DNA of 64,000 bases from positions 11,848-75,847 of the forward strand of contig DIYI01000011.1 of NCBI GenBank assembly GCA_002428965.1. Reading direction: 5' to 3'. Positions within the stretch are counted from its first letter, which is position 1. Every line of letters starts with the position of its first letter. Under the pieces are notes generated by a model, which ran no database searches, had not been told where the DNA came from, and saw only the letters and a list, made by a program, of their open reading frames with translations. The position numbers were made by a program, and so were the translations under genes. Positions 58,382 through 64,000 of this stretch are shown in pieces. Origin of the DNA: Jejuia sp. UBA6058 (lineage in GTDB: Bacteria > Bacteroidota > Bacteroidia > Flavobacteriales > Flavobacteriaceae).

Positions 58382-59557
58382 ATGAAAAAATTAGTAATAG
58401 CATACAGTGGCGGATTAGATACATCATATTGTGCGGTAAGTTTATCAAAAGACTATGAAGTACATGCAGTAAGTGTAAATACTGGTGGTTTTACGCAGGG
58501 TGAGATTGCGCATATTGAAAGTAACGCTTATAAAATGGGAGTTACTACCTATAAAAATATTGATGCTGTAGCTACCTTCTATCAAAAAGTAGTAAAGTAT
58601 TTAATCTTTGGAAATGTGTTGAAAAACAATACGTATCCATTATCTGTTAGTGCGGAACGTATTGTACAAGCTATTGAAATTATTGAATATGCGAAGAGCA
58701 TTGATGCTGAATATATAGCACATGGAAGTACTGGAGCAGGTAACGACCAAGTACGTTTTGATATGATTTTTCAAACTTTGGCCCCAGGGATAAAAATCAT
58801 CACCCCTATTAGAGACCAAAAATTATCTAGAGCTGAAGAAATTGAATATTTGAAAGCTAATGGTATTGATATGTCTTGGGAAAAAGCACAATACTCTGTG
58901 AATAAAGGACTTTGGGGAACCAGTGTTGGAGGTGCAGAAACCTTAACTTCAGAAAAGCCATTGCCAAGTGAGGCTTATCCATCGCAGTTGGAAAAAGACG
59001 GTGAAGAAAAAGTGACTTTAACCTTTGATAAAGGTGAGTTTGTAGCCCTAAATGGCGAAGCTAATGCTCCTGAAGTGAATATTGAAAAACTAAATAATTT
59101 AGCCTCTGCTTTTGCTATTGGAAGAGATATTCACGTAGGAGATACTATAGTTGGTATTAAAGGTAGAGTTGGTTTCGAAGCAGCTGCGGCTTTAATTACA
59201 GTTAAAGCACATCACCTGCTAGAAAAGCACACATTAACTAAATGGCAATTACAACACAAGGAATATTTATCTAGTTTTTACGGTATGCATTTACACGAAG
59301 GACAATATCTAGATCCTGTAATGCGGGATATTGAATCCTTTTTAAGTAGCAGTCAGGAGAAAGTTTCTGGTGATGTTACTGTAACCTTGAAGCCATACCA
59401 CTTCTCATTAGATGGTATTATATCTGAACACGATTTAATGAGTGCTAAATTTGGTAGTTATGGAGAAGAAAATAGAGCTTGGACAGCTGATGACGCTAAA
59501 GGATTCATTAAAATCATTGGTAATCAAAATAAGATTTATCAACAAGTAAACTCTTAA
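58382..59557 (+). CDS. argG: Argininosuccinate synthase
   Basis: AYSGGLDTS, AHGSTGAGNDQVRF, GIKGRVGFEA. Confidence 0.97.
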   Translation: MKKLVIAYSGGLDTSYCAVSLSKDYEVHAVSVNTGGFTQGEIAHIESNAYKMGVTTYKNIDAVATFYQKVVKYLIFGNVLKNNTYPLSVSAERIVQAIEIIEYAKSIDAEYIAHGSTGAGNDQVRFDMIFQTLAPGIKIITPIRDQKLSRAEEIEYLKANGIDMSWEKAQYSVNKGLWGTSVGGAETLTSEKPLPSEAYPSQLEKDGEEKVTLTFDKGEFVALNGEANAPEVNIEKLNNLASAFAIGRDIHVGDTIVGIKGRVGFEAAAALITVKAHHLLEKHTLTKWQLQHKEYLSSFYGMHLHEGQYLDPVMRDIESFLSSSQEKVSGDVTVTLKPYHFSLDGIISEHDLMSAKFGSYGEENRAWTADDAKGFIKIIGNQNKIYQQVNS

Positions 59558-59560
59558 GGC

Positions 59561-60538
59561 ATGATTAAATTAGGTATCATAGGAGGTGCTGGTTATACGG
59601 CTGGTGAATTAATTAGATTGTTGATTAATCACCCAGAAACGGAGATTGATTTTGTGTATAGTACATCTAATGCTGGGAATCAAATTTCTAAAGTGCACCA
59701 AGATTTGGTGGGGTCTTTAGATAAATCGTTTACCGATACGGTAAACCCTAATGTAGATGTATTGTTTTTATGCTTAGGACATGGAAATTCAGTGAAGTTT
59801 TTATCTGCTAATTCGTTTTCAGAGCAGACTAAAATCATCGATTTAGGAAACGATTTCAGATTAGAAGCAGACAAAGTATTTGATGGAAAAACCTTTGTTT
59901 ACGGCTTACCAGAATTACAAAAGGAAGATATCAAGAAAGCAGATTATATTGCTAATCCAGGATGTTTCGCCACTGCCATCCAGTTGGGATTGTTGCCTTT
60001 AGCTAATGCAGGGTTATTGGATTATGATGTTCATATCAATGCCGTAACTGGAGCAACTGGTGCAGGAACGTCGTTGTCGGCAACTACGCATTTTACATGG
60101 AGAGACAATAACTTTTCGTATTATAAACCGTTTACGCATCAGCATTTAGGGGAGATAAACCAATCTGTAACCCAATTGCAAAATGATTTTTCTTCAGATA
60201 TTTTGTTTATGCCAAATCGAGGGAATTTCTCAAGAGGAATTTTTGCAACTATTTATACTGACTTTAGTGGTTCTGTAGAAGATGCGGCAAGAATATATAA
60301 TGAGTATTATAAGGATGCTAAATTCACTTTTGTTTCTGAGAATCAACTGCACCTAAAACAAGTAGTTAACACCAACAAATGTTTAATTCATTTGCATAAA
60401 CATAATGGTAAATTATTAATAACAAGTATCATTGATAATTTATTGAAAGGAGCCTCTGGTCAAGCCATTCAGAATATGAATTTAATGTTTGGTTTAGAAG
60501 AAACCACGGGTTTAGGTCTAAAAGCAACATATTTCTAA
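59561..60538 (+). CDS. argC: N-acetyl-gamma-glutamyl-phosphate reductase
   Basis: GGAGYTAGELIRLL, IANPGCFATA, DNLLKGASGQA. Confidence 0.97.
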   Translation: MIKLGIIGGAGYTAGELIRLLINHPETEIDFVYSTSNAGNQISKVHQDLVGSLDKSFTDTVNPNVDVLFLCLGHGNSVKFLSANSFSEQTKIIDLGNDFRLEADKVFDGKTFVYGLPELQKEDIKKADYIANPGCFATAIQLGLLPLANAGLLDYDVHINAVTGATGAGTSLSATTHFTWRDNNFSYYKPFTHQHLGEINQSVTQLQNDFSSDILFMPNRGNFSRGIFATIYTDFSGSVEDAARIYNEYYKDAKFTFVSENQLHLKQVVNTNKCLIHLHKHNGKLLITSIIDNLLKGASGQAIQNMNLMFGLEETTGLGLKATYF

Positions 60539-60565
60539 AAACTAATTACTAAAGACTCTATCAAA

Positions 60566-61360
60566 ATGAAAATAGCAATTATAGGAACAGGAAATTTAGG
60601 AAGCTCAATTGCAAAGGGACTTGTGAAAAACAAGTCGTTTAGCTCATTGTATTTAAGTGATAAAAATACGAGTGCGGTGAATGAATTTGTAGACGAGGAT
60701 TATGTGAAAATCACCAATAGCAATGCTACTGCAGTAGAAAACAGCGATGTCGTAATTTTTGCATTGCAACCAAGGCATATTGAAGGCGTTTTAAAAGAAG
60801 TAGAACCTTTGATTACGGATGAGCATGTAGTGATGAGTGTTGCTGCAGGATTTTCAATAGCTAGAATTGAAGCAATTTTAGGGGACGATAAACACATTAT
60901 TCGCGTGATGCCAAATACGGCTATTTCTATTGGTAAATCAATGACCTGCTTGTCTGCCAATGATGTAGGACAATTAAAAATTGAGTTGGCAAAAACGATT
61001 TTCAACCAGCTGGGAACCACTATGGTCATTCCTGAAGAACAAATACAAGCAGCAACTGTGATTTGTGCCAGTGGTATTGCCTTTTGGATGCGCTTAGTAC
61101 GTGCTACAACACAAGGCGCTATTCAGTTAGGCTTTGAAGCTGAGGAGGCCCATGAATTAGCATTACAAACTTGTTACGGTGCAGCTAGTTTATTGAAAGA
61201 ATCTGGTAGACACCCAGAAGCCGAAATTGATAGAGTAACCACACCAAGCGGTTGTACTATTGAAGGATTGAATGAAATGGAGCACCAAGGATTGAGTTCT
61301 GCCTTAATTAGAGGTATTAGTGCTTCGTTTGAAAAAATTAATCAAATTAAAAAGAGTTAA
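60566..61360 (+). CDS. proC: Pyrroline-5-carboxylate reductase
   Basis: IGTGNLG, RVMPNT, VTTPSGCTIEGL. Confidence 0.95.
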   Translation: MKIAIIGTGNLGSSIAKGLVKNKSFSSLYLSDKNTSAVNEFVDEDYVKITNSNATAVENSDVVIFALQPRHIEGVLKEVEPLITDEHVVMSVAAGFSIARIEAILGDDKHIIRVMPNTAISIGKSMTCLSANDVGQLKIELAKTIFNQLGTTMVIPEEQIQAATVICASGIAFWMRLVRATTQGAIQLGFEAEEAHELALQTCYGAASLLKESGRHPEAEIDRVTTPSGCTIEGLNEMEHQGLSSALIRGISASFEKINQIKKS

Positions 61361-61455
61361 TTATTAATAGTAAATAGTAGTTAGTTTTTAGTCGCTAGAA
61401 TCAGTAATCAAGAAAAGACTAACAACTATATACTAATATCTAAAAACTAAAAAAG

Positions 61456-62601
61456 ATGCCATTATTTGACGTTTATCCATTATATAATGTAACACCAGTT
61501 TCCGGAAAAGGGATTAATGTGTATGATGACCAAGGGGTTGAGTATTTAGATCTTTACGGGGGGCATGCCGTTATTTCTATTGGGCATGCGCACCCAAATT
61601 ATGTAGAGGCAGTTACAAATCAGGTTGAAACTTTAGGTTTTTATTCTAATGCTATTCAGAATCCAATGCAGAAAGAATTGGCCGTTAAACTAGAAGAGCT
61701 TTCAGGTTGTAAAGATTATCAATTGTTTTTAGTGAATTCAGGAGCTGAAGCCAATGAAAATGCTTTAAAATTAGCATCCTTTAAAACAGGAAAAGCACGT
61801 GTTGTAGCTTTTAAAAATGGATTCCACGGGCGTACTTCTGCGGCTGTGGCAGCTACAGATAATCCTAATGTCGTTGCACCAATAAATGCCCAACAAGAAG
61901 TAACCTTTTTGGAATTAAATGATATAGAGGGTGTAAAACGAGAGCTCGAAAAAGGAGATGTTTGTGCTGTAATAGTGGAGTTTATTCAAGGTGTTGGAGG
62001 TTTAGATCAAGGTTCTGCTGAGTTTTTTGAAGCGGTTGATGAGTTATGTAAAGCGAATAATACAATGTTTATTGCCGATGAGGTGCAATCTGGTTATGGA
62101 CGTTCCGGTAAGTTCTTTGCATTTCAGCATTATAATGTTGAACCAGATATCATTTCCTTGGCTAAGGGTATGGGTAATGGATTTCCGATTGGGGGCATCT
62201 TGATTCACCCAGATATTGAAGCTAAATACGGAATGTTAGGAACAACCTTTGGTGGCAATCATTTGGCATGTGCAGCAGGTTTGTCGGTTTTAAATACCAT
62301 TGAGTCTGAAAACTTGTTAGACAATGTGAATGACATGGGGGCTTACTTTGTGGAAAAAGCAAAGTCTATTCCTCAGATAAAGAACATTAAAGGTAGAGGT
62401 TTAATGTTAGGACTGGAATTTGATTTTGAAGTAGGTGAACTAAGAAAAGAATTAATCTATAACCATAAGATTTTTACTGGTGGTGCAGCTAACAAGAAAT
62501 TATTGAGGATATTGCCTCCATTAAATATTGAAAAAGTACATTTCGATAAATTCTTTGAAGCTTTAGAAGTGGCTTTAAAAGAACTAGAAGTCAAAGTATG
62601 A
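61456..62601 (+). CDS. argD: Acetylornithine aminotransferase
   Basis: NSGAEANENA, FHGRT, EFIQGVGG, DEVQSGYGRSG, PLP Lys in LAKGMGNG. Confidence 0.93.
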   Translation: MPLFDVYPLYNVTPVSGKGINVYDDQGVEYLDLYGGHAVISIGHAHPNYVEAVTNQVETLGFYSNAIQNPMQKELAVKLEELSGCKDYQLFLVNSGAEANENALKLASFKTGKARVVAFKNGFHGRTSAAVAATDNPNVVAPINAQQEVTFLELNDIEGVKRELEKGDVCAVIVEFIQGVGGLDQGSAEFFEAVDELCKANNTMFIADEVQSGYGRSGKFFAFQHYNVEPDIISLAKGMGNGFPIGGILIHPDIEAKYGMLGTTFGGNHLACAAGLSVLNTIESENLLDNVNDMGAYFVEKAKSIPQIKNIKGRGLMLGLEFDFEVGELRKELIYNHKIFTGGAANKKLLRILPPLNIEKVHFDKFFEALEVALKELEVKV

Positions 62602-62611
62602 ATTTATCTAA

Positions 62612-63112
62612 ATGGCAAGAACGGGTAGACCAATAAAAGTTGAATCAGAACTTGAATATATAGATAGTTACGTAGAAAAAAACGATTATAAAAGTATCGA
62701 TATGTTAATCAAGACATATGGAATTGACTGTTATGATTCGTACAAAAGAACTTTTCTAATATTGGCTACGTCGAAAGGAAATCTAGCTATATTGAACAAG
62801 CTAATAGAAAAAGGAGCTGATTTGAATTTTCAGGACAAAAATGGGTATTCAGCATTACATTTTGTAGCTCAAAATAAAGAAAAAGAGATTGCAGAAGTTT
62901 TATTGGAAAAAGGAGCAAATCCGAACTTAAGAGACTTGTACGGCAACCCACCAATTTGGACAGCAATCATGAACGCCAAAGGAGATTTTTCGATTGTAAA
63001 ATTATTGTTAGAAAATAAGGCAGATGTTGAAATGAAAAATAATTATGGGAAATCACCAAAAGAAATGTGGAATGCAATGATTGGTAACGAAATAGATTCA
63101 CTATTAAACTAA
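62612..63112 (+). CDS. Ankyrin repeat protein
   Basis: Repeats GADLNFQDKNGYSALH, GANPNLRDLYGNPPIW, KADVEMKNNYGKSP. Confidence 0.88.
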   Translation: MARTGRPIKVESELEYIDSYVEKNDYKSIDMLIKTYGIDCYDSYKRTFLILATSKGNLAILNKLIEKGADLNFQDKNGYSALHFVAQNKEKEIAEVLLEKGANPNLRDLYGNPPIWTAIMNAKGDFSIVKLLLENKADVEMKNNYGKSPKEMWNAMIGNEIDSLLN

Positions 63113-63143
63113 TAACTGGTAACAGACAACTAGTAACTAAATT

Positions 63144-64000
63144 ATGAACACATTATTATCCATAGAAACAAGGAATGCCGTTTTATTGAGAATGGCAGAC
63201 TTGTTAGAGCAGGAAAGAGTAAACATAATTGCCATAAATAAGACCGATTTAGAGGCTTACGAAGGTGATGATATCTCTATGTTTGATCGTTTAAAAGTAG
63301 ACGATTCTAAAGTTGATGAAATGATCAGGGCTGCCAAACACCTAGCATCTCAGGAAGACCCAGTAGGTGTGGAGCGTTTCAGCTTTAAACATGAGAATGG
63401 CATGCAGGTTTATAATAAAACGGCCTCATTTGGTACGGTATTGATTATTTATGAATCCAGACCAGATGTTACTGTTGAAGCTGCCGGAATTGCTTTTAAA
63501 TCTGGAAATAAGATTTTATTAAAAGGAGGAAAAGAATCCTTGCGTTCTAATTTGAAAATAGTAGAGTTATGGCATCAAGCTTTAACGGAGCAAGGTGCTT
63601 CCACAGACTGGGTGGAGTATTTACAATTTAATAGAACTGAGACACAAGCCTTTTTAGAAAAACCAACACAGCGTGTAGATTTAATTGTGCCTCGTGGTGG
63701 TGAACGCTTAATTGCCTTTGTAAAACAACATGCGGCATGTCCTGTGATTGTCAGTGGTCGGGGGAATAACTTTGTTTATGTGCATAAGGAAGCTGATTTT
63801 GAAACGGCTTTTGATGTGATTCTGAATGGTAAGTCTAAAATATCAGCATGTAATGCCGTAGACAAAGTATTGATAGATGAAAATCTTCCAAATAAAGCGG
63901 AATTCGTTAAAGACCTGATATCAAAACTACAAGAATCTAAAATTCAGGTTTTAGGCGATGATAGTATTTCAAAAGGATTTGACCTTGAAGGTATAAACTC
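63144..64000 (+). CDS. proA: Gamma-glutamyl phosphate reductase (3' partial)
   Basis: Not in the ORF track because it has no stop in the window. ATG 63144 gives MNTLLSIETRN...; motifs IIYESRPDVT, KSGNKILLKGGKE, DLIVPRGG, SACNA. Confidence 0.95.
   Translation, partial: MNTLLSIETRNAVLLRMADLLEQERVNIIAINKTDLEAYEGDDISMFDRLKVDDSKVDEMIRAAKHLASQEDPVGVERFSFKHENGMQVYNKTASFGTVLIIYESRPDVTVEAAGIAFKSGNKILLKGGKESLRSNLKIVELWHQALTEQGASTDWVEYLQFNRTETQAFLEKPTQRVDLIVPRGGERLIAFVKQHAACPVIVSGRGNNFVYVHKEADFETAFDVILNGKSKISACNAVDKVLIDENLPNKAEFVKDLISKLQESKIQVLGDDSISKGFDLEGIN

Noticed and set aside
1-64000. Prophage, IS transposase, integrase, tRNA, rRNA or CRISPR array
   Set aside because: No supporting motifs or repeat-spacer structure found by eye anywhere in the window.

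Overview
AT-rich chromosomal segment from a Bacteroidota genome, most likely a marine member of the Flavobacteriaceae (TAnnTTTG promoters, GLPGLI proteins, gene order). It contains no tRNA, rRNA, CRISPR array, transposase or phage genes. Left to right: a GH3 glycosidase truncated by the window edge; two ORFans; a candidate promoter-and-terminator-bounded small RNA; a di-heme cytochrome c peroxidase; an M1 peptidase; adjacent soluble (ppa) and membrane (hppA) pyrophosphatases; dsbD; a deoxynucleoside kinase; an OmpR-type two-component system divergent from three GLPGLI genes and an outer-membrane beta-barrel, with a triple 10-bp repeat between them; metK with a SAM-II riboswitch; ilvD-B-N-C-A; gapN; and azurin. 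A ~22 kb accessory block (35.2-57.4 kb) follows. It joins a complete eboABCDEF cluster to a propeller-cupredoxin fusion, four DUF1080 proteins, a GMC dehydrogenase with its Tat partner (plus a frameshifted relic of a second partner), an AraC regulator, two TIM-barrel isomerase/lyase-type enzymes, an MFS transporter and a Gfo/Idh/MocA oxidoreductase, i.e. 3-ketoglycoside pathway components. The window ends with an arg/pro operon that has a ~320-nt structured leader and an inserted ankyrin gene. Best leads: the ebo + 3-ketoglycoside + blue-copper neighbourhood, the structured arg leader, the TCS/GLPGLI/barrel module, nested intergenic palindromic elements, and an A-AAA-AAG frameshift site at the start of a DUF1080 gene. 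All family calls come from motif recognition; no database search was run.
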